DNA from: an uncultured Alphaproteobacteria bacterium
Lineage (GTDB): Bacteria > Pseudomonadota > Alphaproteobacteria > RF32 > CAG-239
DNA length: 64,000 nt
Direction: 5' to 3'
Assembly (NCBI GenBank): GCA_944390915.1
Contig: CALXRS010000007.1
Location: 2,214 to 66,213, forward strand
In this document: piece by piece, positions 25,419 through 35,478 of the stretch
How the letters are laid out: each line of letters opens with the position of its first letter
Numbering within the stretch: position 1 is the stretch's first letter
The notes under the pieces: model-generated
The model's input: only the letters and a program-made list of their open reading frames with translations
What the model was told of the DNA's origin: nothing
The model's database searches: none
Translations under genes and position numbers: made by a program

Positions 25419-25843
25419 GAATTTTGCGAGCCTGCACCAAACCGCTCCAGCCGCCCGTAAACCTCCCCTCTTAAAAGCGCGTTATATGAGGCGGATAATA
25501 AGAAATCAGGGGATTGGCAAGGGCGCGTACAAAACAGTACGTAACCGCCGCCAAGCCCCGCAATTTCTGTATTAGCCGCCCGTAAACCTCCCCCTCTTAA
25601 AAGCGCGTTATATGAGGCGGATAAAGTGGTTTGGAAAGCGAGCAAAATTTTAGTGTACAAAGAAGTACATGAATTTTGCGAGCCTGCACCAAACCGCTCT
25701 AGCCGCCCGTAAACCTCCCCTCTTAAAAGCGCGTTATATGAGGCGGATAATAAGAAATCAGGGGATTGGCAAGGGCGCGTACAAAACAGTACGTAACCGC
25801 CGCCGAGCCCCGCAATTTCTGTATTAGCCGCCCATAGAACCGC
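25419..25843. repeat. Second tandem array: about 1.7 copies of a 252-bp unit (layout A-R-B-R-C-A-R-B-R')
   Basis: The ~170-bp block at 25419-25590 recurs at 25671-25842. The 50-bp R element agccgcccgtaaacctcccctcttaaaagcgcgttatatgaggcggataa is at 25449, 25574 and 25701, with a partial copy at 25826. Extended 24-bp imperfect hairpins lie at 25501-25568 and 25753-25820, and another hairpin at 25642-25679. Confidence 0.85.
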
Positions 25844-25845
25844 TT

Positions 25846-27576
25846 TTAAGCTTTGAGCATGATTTCAGGCGCCTCAACCCCCAACAACTCCAGCAGCTTG
25901 ACAAGGACATCGCGGGTGAGTTTGGCAAGCGTGAGACGGGAGGCGGCAATCTCCGCGCCGGCGGCGCCCATTATCGGCGAAGCGTTGTAAAAACTGCTGA
26001 AGAGCTGCGCCAGAGTGTAGGTGTAATCGGAGATGATGCTCGGTTCGAGTTCGGCCGCGGCGCGAAAAACGACGTTGTTCAGCTGCGAAAGCCTGAGCAC
26101 GAGCGCGCGCTCTTCCGCGTTGGTAATGGTAACTTTGCCGGGGGTTATGTTTTTGTTTTTGCGCATGATGGAGTTGATGCGCGCAATTGCATATTGGATA
26201 TAGGGACCGGTTTTGCCGTCAAAATTGGCAAAGTCGTCCAGTTCAAAGACGTAGCCTGAGGCAATGTTGTTTTTCAGATCCTGGAATTTTATCGCGCCGA
26301 CGGCTACCTGCTCCACCAGATGGTCGATATATTCCTGCGTAAGGCCGTTGGCGGGATCGGCGGCCGGCATGGATTCGGATACTTTGTCCTTGGACATTTT
26401 TATCAGGTCGGCAAGGTTCATCACGCCGCCGTCGCGGGTTTTGAAAGGCTTGCCGTCCGCGCCGTTGACGGTGCCGAAACCGATGTGCAAAAGCTTAACG
26501 TTCGGAGCAATGCCAAGTTTTTCGGCGGCCTCAAACACCTGTTCAAAATGCAGCGACTGCCGTTTATCGACAAAATAGATAATTTCATCGGCGTGCAGAT
26601 CGTCCACCCGCATTTTGATGGTGGCAAGATCGGTTGCCTGATAGGTAAAACCGCCGTCCGATTTTTCGAGAATAACCGGCGGCTTGGGCTTGTTGCTCTC
26701 GTCCAGACGGATAATCCAGGCACCGTCGGAATATTCCAGCAGGCCTTTTTCTTCGGCAATTCGTTTGATTTCAAAACAGGTTTCGTGGGCGTCGCTTTCT
26801 CCGAGCCAGAGGTCAAAATGCACGCCGAGCTCACGGTAATTTTCTTTTACCGCCTCGACGGACACCCGGCGGATATGCTGCCAGGCTTTGCGATAAACGG
26901 GGTCGCCGTCCTGAAATCTGGCGGTAATCTGCCGCGCCGTTTCTTTGGCGGCGGGATCTTCTTTGCAGCGGCTGTTGGCCTGTTTGTAAAAGCGCGTAAT
27001 TTCCGCAATGTCGTATGTTTCCATTTTGTCCAGATTGCCGTCGGCGGCAATGACTTCCGCCAGAATCATACCGATGGGCGTTCCCCAGTCGCCGAAATGA
27101 ACATCGGCTATCGGCCGGTTGCCGACAAATTTTTCGATTCGCCGCATCGATTCGCCGATAACGCCGGAGCGCAGATGGCCGACATGCATTTCTTTGGCCA
27201 CGTTCGGCCCGCCGTAATCCATCACCACGGTTTTCGGGGTTGCAACCACGGCGCAGCCGAAGCGCTCATCACCGGCCATTCTATCGGCAACGTCGGCCAA
27301 AAAGGAATCCGTCAGCGTCAGATTCAAAAACCCCGGTCCGTCAACCGACACTTTGGCAAAATCTTTGTCTTCGCGCAGGCGGGCGGCGATTTCCTCGCCG
27401 ATGGCGCGGGGATTTTTCTTTTCGATTTTTGCCAGCGCCAGCGCGCCGTTGCATTGAAAATCGCTCAGATCCGGGCGGTCGGAGGGACGGGCAGCGGCAT
27501 ATTTTTCATCGAGTCCCAAAGCGGCAAAAGCCGATTGCAGTTTACCGTTGATAATTTCATCCAACACATAAGTCAT
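25846..27576 (-). CDS. argS: Arginine--tRNA ligase
   Basis: 576 aa. Class I HIGH-type motif ..KEMHVGHLRSGVIG.. and a DALR anticodon-binding C-terminus. Confidence 0.95.
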   Translation of the reverse strand: MTYVLDEIINGKLQSAFAALGLDEKYAAARPSDRPDLSDFQCNGALALAKIEKKNPRAIGEEIAARLREDKDFAKVSVDGPGFLNLTLTDSFLADVADRMAGDERFGCAVVATPKTVVMDYGGPNVAKEMHVGHLRSGVIGESMRRIEKFVGNRPIADVHFGDWGTPIGMILAEVIAADGNLDKMETYDIAEITRFYKQANSRCKEDPAAKETARQITARFQDGDPVYRKAWQHIRRVSVEAVKENYRELGVHFDLWLGESDAHETCFEIKRIAEEKGLLEYSDGAWIIRLDESNKPKPPVILEKSDGGFTYQATDLATIKMRVDDLHADEIIYFVDKRQSLHFEQVFEAAEKLGIAPNVKLLHIGFGTVNGADGKPFKTRDGGVMNLADLIKMSKDKVSESMPAADPANGLTQEYIDHLVEQVAVGAIKFQDLKNNIASGYVFELDDFANFDGKTGPYIQYAIARINSIMRKNKNITPGKVTITNAEERALVLRLSQLNNVVFRAAAELEPSIISDYTYTLAQLFSSFYNASPIMGAAGAEIAASRLTLAKLTRDVLVKLLELLGVEAPEIMLKA

Positions 27577-27600
27577 AATTTTGTTCTTTCCGTTTAGTGG

Positions 27601-27915
27601 TTATTTAACACATCTGAATTTCCAAATTGCCGGCGTCAGCAGGCGGCAGACAAAAAACTCCTGCCCTTCCGGCTCGGCGCGAAAACCCGTCCCCTGACGG
27701 ATGCATTCCTCGTCGGCCATTTGTTGCAGCTCGGCAAACTCGGTTGTCCAGCCGTTGTAGCAGATGACCGGGGCATCGGGGCGGGAACGGCCGACATAAA
27801 GCCTTTCCGGCTCCGCGCCGGCCTCGCGGCGGCGGTCGATAAAAGGATCCGTCCACGAACAGCCGGCCACGGCCAGCAGCAACAGAGCCCAACCGGACAA
27901 TTTTATCCTAGACAA
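27601..27915 (-). CDS. Small lipoprotein, unknown function
   Basis: MSRIKLSGWALLLLAVAGC/SWTD carries a lipobox. 104 aa with 4 further Cys. Confidence 0.6.
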   Translation of the reverse strand: MSRIKLSGWALLLLAVAGCSWTDPFIDRRREAGAEPERLYVGRSRPDAPVICYNGWTTEFAELQQMADEECIRQGTGFRAEPEGQEFFVCRLLTPAIWKFRCVK

Positions 27916-27958
27916 TTTTTAATTCTCCATTAAATTAGCGCTTAGGTAAAAGTTATAT

Positions 27959-28576
27959 ATGAAGAAGTCAAAAATGCAAAGCCAAAATAAATATATCGGC
28001 GACGACAAAATGGAAAAGCTGCTGGCTCACTACCAATGCCCGATGCCGCTTAACGTGGTGAAGATGCGTTTTGCCGGCGCCGTTTGCAGTCCGAACATGG
28101 AGCTGCGGCCGACGGACGTTATTTCTTCCCTGTGGGAGCAAAACCGCGAGCCGCGTTTGCAAACAAAGGAAGAAGCGGAACTGTTTTTCAAATTTTTTAT
28201 GGGATTGTGGGACGAAATTTTTGCACAGGTCAAAAACAACGCTCTCACTTTGCCGCCCTACCGACCGCAAACCGCGCGGGAATATTGGTTTTTGCTTTGC
28301 CGGCAACGCGCCGAAGAGCTGGCGGAAGGCTGGGTTGAAGGCTTTTGGGGCGGAAGAGAAGATTTGCAAATTCCCGCCTTCGTGGCCGAACTGGTCGATT
28401 CGCTGACCGAACTGGCCGGCGTTTACCGCAAGCTCGGCGAACGTCTCGAAAGCGGCGAAAAGGCCGACGGTCTCATCGAGGCGGTCAAAAACACCGACAA
28501 AACGGTCAACCGCGCCTTTGCCTTTATTATTGAAAATTCGTTTTTGCCGCGAATGGCAAAATTGCAACAGCAGTAA
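27959..28576 (+). CDS. UPF0149/YecA-like protein (weak call; start may be 28010)
   Basis: ..PLNVVKMRFAGAVCSPNMELRPTDVISSLWEQ....EEAELFFKFFMGLWDEI.. resembles the UPF0149 N-terminal pattern. Confidence 0.4.
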   Translation: MKKSKMQSQNKYIGDDKMEKLLAHYQCPMPLNVVKMRFAGAVCSPNMELRPTDVISSLWEQNREPRLQTKEEAELFFKFFMGLWDEIFAQVKNNALTLPPYRPQTAREYWFLLCRQRAEELAEGWVEGFWGGREDLQIPAFVAELVDSLTELAGVYRKLGERLESGEKADGLIEAVKNTDKTVNRAFAFIIENSFLPRMAKLQQQ

Positions 28577-28596
28577 TTTTTTTTGGAGAATATGAC

Positions 28597-29130
28597 ATGG
28601 AACTGATGGAAGGCCTGTTAACCCGTCGCTCGGTGCGCAAATATCAGGACAAGCCGATTGCGCGGGAAACCATTGAGGAAATCATCAGGGCGGCGCAGTT
28701 TGCCCCCACCGCCCACAACCGCCAGCCGTGGGAATTTCTGGTTATCGACGATCGGGAATTTCTGGCCGATTTGCGGCACATCCAGCGCTGGACGTCTTTT
28801 GCCAAAGACGCCGCCTGCGTGGTCATTGTCTGCGGCGATATCGAAAAATCGTTCAACCGCAACAAAGAAGACGAAAAATGGAGCTTTATCGACGTCGACT
28901 GCGCCATTGCCACCGAAAACCTTCTGCTTGCCGCCTGGGCCAGAGGCATCGGCACCTGCTACTGCGGCGCCGCGCCGATGCAAAGAGTGGTCGACGCCTT
29001 AAAAGAACGCCTCCATCTTCCCGACAACATCCGCCCCTTTGCCATTGTGCCGATGGGCTATCCGGCGGAAACGCCGAAACAGCCGGAAGAACGCTACCAC
29101 CCCGAAAAAATCCATTGGGGCAAATGGTAA
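28597..29130 (+). CDS. Nitroreductase-family oxidoreductase
   Basis: ..LLTRRSVRKYQDKPI..IIRAAQFAPTAHNRQPWEFLVI.. is the FMN-binding nitroreductase signature. Confidence 0.85.
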   Translation: MELMEGLLTRRSVRKYQDKPIARETIEEIIRAAQFAPTAHNRQPWEFLVIDDREFLADLRHIQRWTSFAKDAACVVIVCGDIEKSFNRNKEDEKWSFIDVDCAIATENLLLAAWARGIGTCYCGAAPMQRVVDALKERLHLPDNIRPFAIVPMGYPAETPKQPEERYHPEKIHWGKW

Positions 29131-29164
29131 TCCGGTAAAAAATAAAATTAACGAACAAACCGAC

Positions 29165-29199
29165 AAAAAAAAGCTCTGACGAAAAAATCAGAGCTTTTT
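29165..29199. terminator. Bidirectional intrinsic terminator
   Basis: agctctga-N8-tcagagct hairpin flanked by an A-run and a T-run, between convergent genes. Confidence 0.8.
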
Positions 29200-29224
29200 A
29201 GCGAATAAAAAACATGCCCGAGTT

Positions 29225-30307
29225 TTATTCTTCTTCGCCGACATACATGCCGATGGCGCGGGCAGCCTTGACATAGTCGCTGTGAACGTCGAGCAGGGTC
29301 GTGCCTTCCTTGACGACTTCGTCAATGTCAAAGTCGCTGATTTTGCTGTTTTTCCACACCACCATCCGGTTGGTTTTGCCTTCTTCCAGCAGTTGGACGG
29401 CGCGGGCGCCGAACATGGTGGCGAGGATACGGTCGGTTGCCGCCGGATCGCCGGAGCGCTGGGTGTGGCCGAGCGTAGTAACGCGGGTCTGAAATTCTTT
29501 GCAGCGCTTGTTGATTTCGGCGCTCAGATATTGACCGATGCCGCCGTAAACAGTTTCGCCGATTTTGTTGGTGGCGGCGGCGACATGTTGTCCGTCTTCG
29601 CGTTTAACACCTTCGGAAACGACAATCAGCGCGTGGTTGCGGCCGCCGGCTTTGATGGCCTGCAAACGGGCGACAATCGAATCGATTTTATAGGGAATTT
29701 CCGGCACCAGACAAACGTCGGCAAAACCGGCCAAAGCCGCATGCATGGCCAGATGTCCGGCATCGCGACCCATCACTTCCAAAATCAGCGCGCGGTTGTG
29801 TGAACGCGCCGTCAGCAACAGCGAATCGAGTGCGCTGGTGCAAACCTGGCAGGCGGTGGCAAAACCGACGGAAGCGTCGGTAATCGGCGTGTCGTTGTCA
29901 ATGGTTTTGGGAATGCCGACCATTTTGATGCCGGCTTTGTGGCAGTAGTTGCTGACAATGTTCATGCTGCCGTCGCCGCCGACCACGACCAGAGCGTCGA
30001 GCCCCAACTCGCGCGCGCCTTCGCCGAACTTTTGCGACAAAGTTTCCATCGATTCCAGCTTAACGCCGCTGTTGAGCGAACCGAGATAAGAACCGGAAAG
30101 CCGGGGCCACGGAGAATCGGAAAATCCGTCAACGGTCAAAATTTCGTATTCCAGCGGGCGGTTGGTCAGCCCGTCGGTGCCGAATTTTATGCCGTACACT
30201 TCCCAGCCTTTGAGCGAAGCCGCGTTGACCACCGAGCGGATAACCGCGTTTAAGCCGGCACAGTCGCCGCCGCTTGTCAAAATGCCGATTCTCTTAATGT
30301 TGCTCAT
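29225..30307 (-). CDS. pfkA: 6-phosphofructokinase (PfkA family)
   Basis: MSNIKRIGILTSGGDCAGLNAVIR.., ..VVVGGDGSMN.. and ..GIPKTIDND.. The phosphoryl donor is not certain (see findings). Confidence 0.9.
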   Translation of the reverse strand: MSNIKRIGILTSGGDCAGLNAVIRSVVNAASLKGWEVYGIKFGTDGLTNRPLEYEILTVDGFSDSPWPRLSGSYLGSLNSGVKLESMETLSQKFGEGARELGLDALVVVGGDGSMNIVSNYCHKAGIKMVGIPKTIDNDTPITDASVGFATACQVCTSALDSLLLTARSHNRALILEVMGRDAGHLAMHAALAGFADVCLVPEIPYKIDSIVARLQAIKAGGRNHALIVVSEGVKREDGQHVAAATNKIGETVYGGIGQYLSAEINKRCKEFQTRVTTLGHTQRSGDPAATDRILATMFGARAVQLLEEGKTNRMVVWKNSKISDFDIDEVVKEGTTLLDVHSDYVKAARAIGMYVGEEE

Positions 30308-30357
30308 CTGAAAACTCCTTATATTTTAGAAATATTGGTTGCTTTTTTAGCATAAAT

Positions 30358-30660
30358 ATGTTACATTTCAATACAAATTTTATAAAATGTTGCCGGAACC
30401 CTTGTTCGGGCAAATTTATGTATGAAAATCAGAGGTTAATCTTAAACATGGTTAAAAATGACAATTTGAGCAAACTGACCCATCAGCTGTGTGAGCTGCG
30501 GCTGGAGGAACGCCGCGTATGCACGGATATCCGCCACCTGGTTGCCCGCAATTCGACGATTGATTTTGCCAAAGCCAAACAGCTGAATAATCTGCGCTCC
30601 GGCGTTAAGAAAAAAATTGCCTCCGTGGAGGCAAAAATTATGCCCAATATCATAGCTTAA
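30358..30660 (+). CDS. Small coiled-coil protein, possibly DUF465/YdcH-like (start uncertain: 30358, 30418 or 30448)
   Basis: ..FAKAKQLNNLRSGVKKKIASVEAKI.. weakly resembles the DUF465 C-terminal LKKxKLxLKDEI pattern. No convincing RBS at any of the three starts. Confidence 0.35.
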   Translation: MLHFNTNFIKCCRNPCSGKFMYENQRLILNMVKNDNLSKLTHQLCELRLEERRVCTDIRHLVARNSTIDFAKAKQLNNLRSGVKKKIASVEAKIMPNIIA

Positions 30661-30791
30661 AATGTATGTGGCGCGCCGGGCGGGCGGAGCCGTCCGGCCG
30701 GCAAAACAAAAAAATGGTTGCAAACCTTTTTTTTATATGTTACCAAACAACAAAATTTTAACAGTTTTAGTATGAAATGAGGTGAGTTAGA

Positions 30792-30998
30792 GTGGTTCAG
30801 GTTACGGTTATCGGCAATGATGTTGGACAGTCTTTGAAAGTGCTGAAAAAGAAAATGCAGCGCGAAGGCATTTTCCGCGAAATGAAGCTGCGTCGTCATC
30901 ACGAAAAGAACTCTGAGAAAAAAGCCCGCCGTCAGGCGGAAGCCATCAGACGTTCCCGCAAGCAGCTGCGCAAGCGCCTCGATACGGAAGGATTCTAG
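30792..30998 (+). CDS. rpsU: 30S ribosomal protein S21
   Basis: GTG start. ..[44 protein letters not shown].. is canonical bS21. Confidence 0.92.
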   Translation: MVQVTVIGNDVGQSLKVLKKKMQREGIFREMKLRRHHEKNSEKKARRQAEAIRRSRKQLRKRLDTEGF

Positions 30999-31021
30999 CA
31001 TTTTTTAGAAAATGTTCCGTT

Positions 31022-31049
31022 GCCGCCCGCCAACAGGGCGGCTTTTTTT
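31022..31049 (+). terminator. Intrinsic terminator after rpsU
   Basis: gccgccc-N7-gggcggc followed by T7. Confidence 0.8.
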
Positions 31050-31074
31050 GTCTGCACAGCATTTCCGGCTTGCG

Positions 31075-31533
31075 CTAAACATATGTCAAAGCGTCAAGAA
31101 AACCCTGCAGAATGTAGGCGGCGGCAGAAGCGTCGAGCACTTTTTTGCGCTTTTTGCGTGACAGATCCGCCTCCCGAATTAAGAAATTTTCCGCCGCCGA
31201 CGAGGAAAGGCGCTCGTCCCAGAAAGCAACCGGCAGCGAAAATTTTTTAGCCAGCACGCCGGCAAAAGTGCGAACTTCGGCAGCCGTTGCGCCTTCCGTT
31301 CCGTCCATTTGCAGCGGCAGACCGAAAACCATGCCGCCGATTTCTTTTTCTTCAATAATCCGGCGAACGGCGTCCGTATCCTTTTCCATGTTCTGCCGCA
31401 GGATAATCGTATGAGAGGAAGCAATGGTTCGCGACAAATCGGAAACGGCCACGCCCAACCGGCGGCTGCCGTAGTCAAAACCGATAAGCGCCTTTTTTTC
31501 CGGCAAGGCGGCCTTAAATTCTCTGATATTCAT
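31075..31533 (-). CDS. ruvX: Putative pre-16S rRNA nuclease / Holliday-junction resolvase-like YqgF (RuvX)
   Basis: ..ALIGFDYGSRRLGVAVSD...GGMVFGLPLQMDGTEG..FWDERLSS.. is the RuvX pattern. Confidence 0.88.
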   Translation of the reverse strand: MNIREFKAALPEKKALIGFDYGSRRLGVAVSDLSRTIASSHTIILRQNMEKDTDAVRRIIEEKEIGGMVFGLPLQMDGTEGATAAEVRTFAGVLAKKFSLPVAFWDERLSSSAAENFLIREADLSRKKRKKVLDASAAAYILQGFLDALTYV

Positions 31534-31629
31534 TTTCCTGTCGTCGATGATGATGTTGCTAATGAAATTTTAAGAATGTTAGCATATATTGCGGTATAAG
31601 TAAAATTTTAATTTTCAGGGTATTTCAGC

Positions 31630-32940
31630 ATGAAAATCTTATATTATGCCGCGGTGGTGCTGGGGCTGCTGGCAACACCGGCCAAAGCCGAATTAAAAAT
31701 TGACGTCAACGGCGCCATGCGCGAGCCGATGCCGATTGCCTTTCCGCAAATGGCCGGCAGCGGCGAAGCTGCGGATTTCGGCGAGAGAATCCGCGAAGTG
31801 ACGGTTGCCGATCTTGAGCGTTCGGGTTTGTTTCGGCTGATTGACGAAGACAGCTATATTCAGAGTTTTGACTCGATAGACGATTTGCCGCGCTTTTCCG
31901 ACTGGAAGATTCTGAACGCCGCGGCGTTGGTGCAAAGCGCCGTAACGGAAGTTGACGACGCCAATTTGCGGGTGGAGTTTCGCTTGTGGGATGTCTATGC
32001 CGAAGAGCAGATGAAAGGCCAGTCGTTTACCACCACCAAAGACAACTGGCGGCGGGTGGCGCATGTGATTGCCGATGCCATCTACGAACGTCTGACCGGC
32101 GAAAAAGGCTATTTTGACACCCGTATCGTTTATATTTCCGAAAGCGGACCCGCCACCCGGCGTATCAAACGCCTGGCGATTATGGATCAGGACGGCGAAA
32201 ACCACAAATTTTTGACCAACGGCGCCTCCATGGCTCTAACGCCGCGTTTTTCGCCGAATCTGCAAAAAATCACCTATCTGTCTTATGCCGGCAGCGTGCC
32301 GAAGGTGTATATGCTCGATATTGAAACCGGCGAACAAAAGCTGGTCGGCGAGTTTGAGGGCATGACCTTTGCCCCCGTGTTTTCGCCCGACAGCAGCAGG
32401 CTTTTGCTGAGCTATGCCAAAGGCGGCACCACCGATATTTATGAGCTGGATATGAAAACCGGCAAAACCAAACAGCTTACTTCGGGCACGTCGATTAACA
32501 CCTCGCCGAGCTATTCGCCGGACGGCAAACAGATTGTGTTCAATTCCGACCGCGGCGGCAATCAGCAGCTGTATGTCATGAACGCCGACGGCAGCGATGT
32601 CCGGCGCATCAGTTACGGCCGCGGACGCTACGCCACGCCGGTGTGGTCGCCGCGCGGCGACTATATTGCCTTTACCAAAATGGCGGACGGGCAATTTTAT
32701 ATCGGCGTGATGTATCCCGACGGCAGCGGCGAACGTCTGATAACCAGCGGCTATCTGGTAGAGGCTCCGGTCTGGGCGCCGAACGGACGGGTGCTGATGT
32801 ATTTTCGTCAGGATCAGGGCACGGCGCGCAGCAACGCCCCCGTACGGCTTTATACCATCGATCTGACGGGGTATAACGAACGAATGATCGTGACCCCGGC
32901 GGATGCTTCCGATCCGGCGTGGTCGCCGCTTTTGCCGTAG
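31630..32940 (+). CDS. tolB: Tol-Pal system beta-propeller protein TolB
   Basis: Signal peptide [20 protein letters not shown], an N-terminal TolB domain, and repeated ..P.FSPDG..I.F.S.R.G...LY.. propeller blades. Confidence 0.93.
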   Translation: MKILYYAAVVLGLLATPAKAELKIDVNGAMREPMPIAFPQMAGSGEAADFGERIREVTVADLERSGLFRLIDEDSYIQSFDSIDDLPRFSDWKILNAAALVQSAVTEVDDANLRVEFRLWDVYAEEQMKGQSFTTTKDNWRRVAHVIADAIYERLTGEKGYFDTRIVYISESGPATRRIKRLAIMDQDGENHKFLTNGASMALTPRFSPNLQKITYLSYAGSVPKVYMLDIETGEQKLVGEFEGMTFAPVFSPDSSRLLLSYAKGGTTDIYELDMKTGKTKQLTSGTSINTSPSYSPDGKQIVFNSDRGGNQQLYVMNADGSDVRRISYGRGRYATPVWSPRGDYIAFTKMADGQFYIGVMYPDGSGERLITSGYLVEAPVWAPNGRVLMYFRQDQGTARSNAPVRLYTIDLTGYNERMIVTPADASDPAWSPLLP

Positions 32941-33026
32941 CTTTGCAAACCGGCGCAAAGGCTGTTTTCGCAAACAGATTTGCGGGCGCAAAAACAAAAT
33001 TTGCTTGAAAAAAACTCAATCGGTGA

Positions 33027-34106
<1,080 letters not shown>

Positions 34107-34216
34107 TTTGTTTTTGAACGAATTCCCCGCGCCCGCCCGGGCAGCAATTTTCGGCTGCGGGCAACCGGCGCGGGGATTCTTTTTTATTTGCAATATCTAA
34201 CAAACAGGAAAAAGAA

Positions 34217-35428
34217 ATGACCGAATATAAAACAATGGACGATCTGGGCGACCTTAACGGCAAAGTCGTTATGCTGCGCGCCGACTTAAACGTCCCGATG
34301 GACGAAAATTTCCATGTAACCAATACCGCCCGCATCGACCGCACGGTGCCGACCATTAAAGAACTGATGCAAAAAGGCGCCAAAGTCGTCGTTATCAGCC
34401 ACTTCGGCCGCCCCGAAGGCAAAGGCGACATGAAAAACTCGCTTTCGCACATTGTCGGCGATCTGGAAAAAGCACTCGGCAAAAAAGTTGTTTTTGTTGA
34501 CGACTGCATCGGCGAAAAAGTCGCCGACGCCATCAAAAACATGAGCAATGACGAAATTCTGCTTTTGGAAAACCTGCGCTTCTATAATGAGGAGAAAAAA
34601 GGCGACGAAGCTTTTGCCAAACAGCTGGTCGCACCGGCTGACGTCTATGTTTCCGACGCTTTTTCCACCGCCCACCGCGCCCACGCTTCAATGGTTGCCG
34701 CAGCAAAAGAAAAACCGGCAGCCATGGGACGACTGATGGAAGAAGAAGTCAAGGCTCTGGAAAACGCTCTTTCCAACCCTGTCCGCCCGTTGATTGCCAT
34801 TGTCGGCGGCTCCAAAGTTTCCACCAAACTCGACCTCTTGAACAATCTGGTTAAAAAAGTCGATAAACTGGTTATTTCCGGCGGTATGGCGCATACTTTT
34901 ATGAAAGCAAACGGTATTGATACCGTCAACGAAGCCAATTCGCTGGTACAGATGGATATGCTTGATACCGCACGGGAAATTATGGCTACGGCCAAAGCCA
35001 ACAACTGCGAAATCGTCCTGCCGCTTGACGTGGTTGTTGCCAAAGAGTTCAAACCCCATGCCGAACATAAGACGGTAGACCTTGAACATATTCCGGCCGA
35101 AGGCTGGAGCCTGCTCGACGTTGGCGAAAAAACCATTGCCGCCATCAACGCCAAGCTGGACGAATGCAAAACTCTGGTTTGGAACGGTCCTCTCGGCGTG
35201 TTTGAAATGAAACCGTTTGACAACGCCACCAACAAAGTTGCCGAGCACGCGGCCGAGCTGACTTCTGAGGGCAAACTGATGAGCGTGGCCGGCGGCGGCG
35301 ACACCGTTTCCGCGCTGGAAAACGCCGGCGTGGCCGGAAAATTCACTTATATTTCAACCGCCGGCGGCGCCTTCCTGGAATGGATGGAAGGAAAAGTCCT
35401 GCCCGGTGTGGACGTATTGAAAAAATAA
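34217..35428 (+). CDS. pgk: Phosphoglycerate kinase
   Basis: ..VMLRADLNVPMD.., ..SHFGRPEG.. and ..GGGDT.. motifs; 403 aa. Confidence 0.97.
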   Translation: MTEYKTMDDLGDLNGKVVMLRADLNVPMDENFHVTNTARIDRTVPTIKELMQKGAKVVVISHFGRPEGKGDMKNSLSHIVGDLEKALGKKVVFVDDCIGEKVADAIKNMSNDEILLLENLRFYNEEKKGDEAFAKQLVAPADVYVSDAFSTAHRAHASMVAAAKEKPAAMGRLMEEEVKALENALSNPVRPLIAIVGGSKVSTKLDLLNNLVKKVDKLVISGGMAHTFMKANGIDTVNEANSLVQMDMLDTAREIMATAKANNCEIVLPLDVVVAKEFKPHAEHKTVDLEHIPAEGWSLLDVGEKTIAAINAKLDECKTLVWNGPLGVFEMKPFDNATNKVAEHAAELTSEGKLMSVAGGGDTVSALENAGVAGKFTYISTAGGAFLEWMEGKVLPGVDVLKK

Positions 35429-35446
35429 AGGAGCTTCCTTGTTGCA

Positions 35447-35478
35447 GACCCCCGCGTAAAACGCGGGGGTCTTTATTA
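35447..35478 (+). terminator. Intrinsic terminator after pgk
   Basis: agacccccgcg-taaaa-cgcgggggtct followed by TTATT. Confidence 0.75.

Noticed and set aside
25322-25660. Minus-strand 112-aa ORF across array 2.
   Set aside because: It contains the duplicated peptide LSASYNALLRG only because it reads through R repeats. It overlaps the HTH gene terminator and its 3' end, and I see no RBS.
24149-25843. CRISPR array interpretation of the two repeat regions.
   Set aside because: The units are 242-252 bp and internally structured, not 24-40 bp direct repeats separated by unique spacers. No cas genes are in the window.
26320-27597. 425-aa ORF antisense to argS.
   Set aside because: Shadow ORF opposite a conserved aminoacyl-tRNA synthetase.
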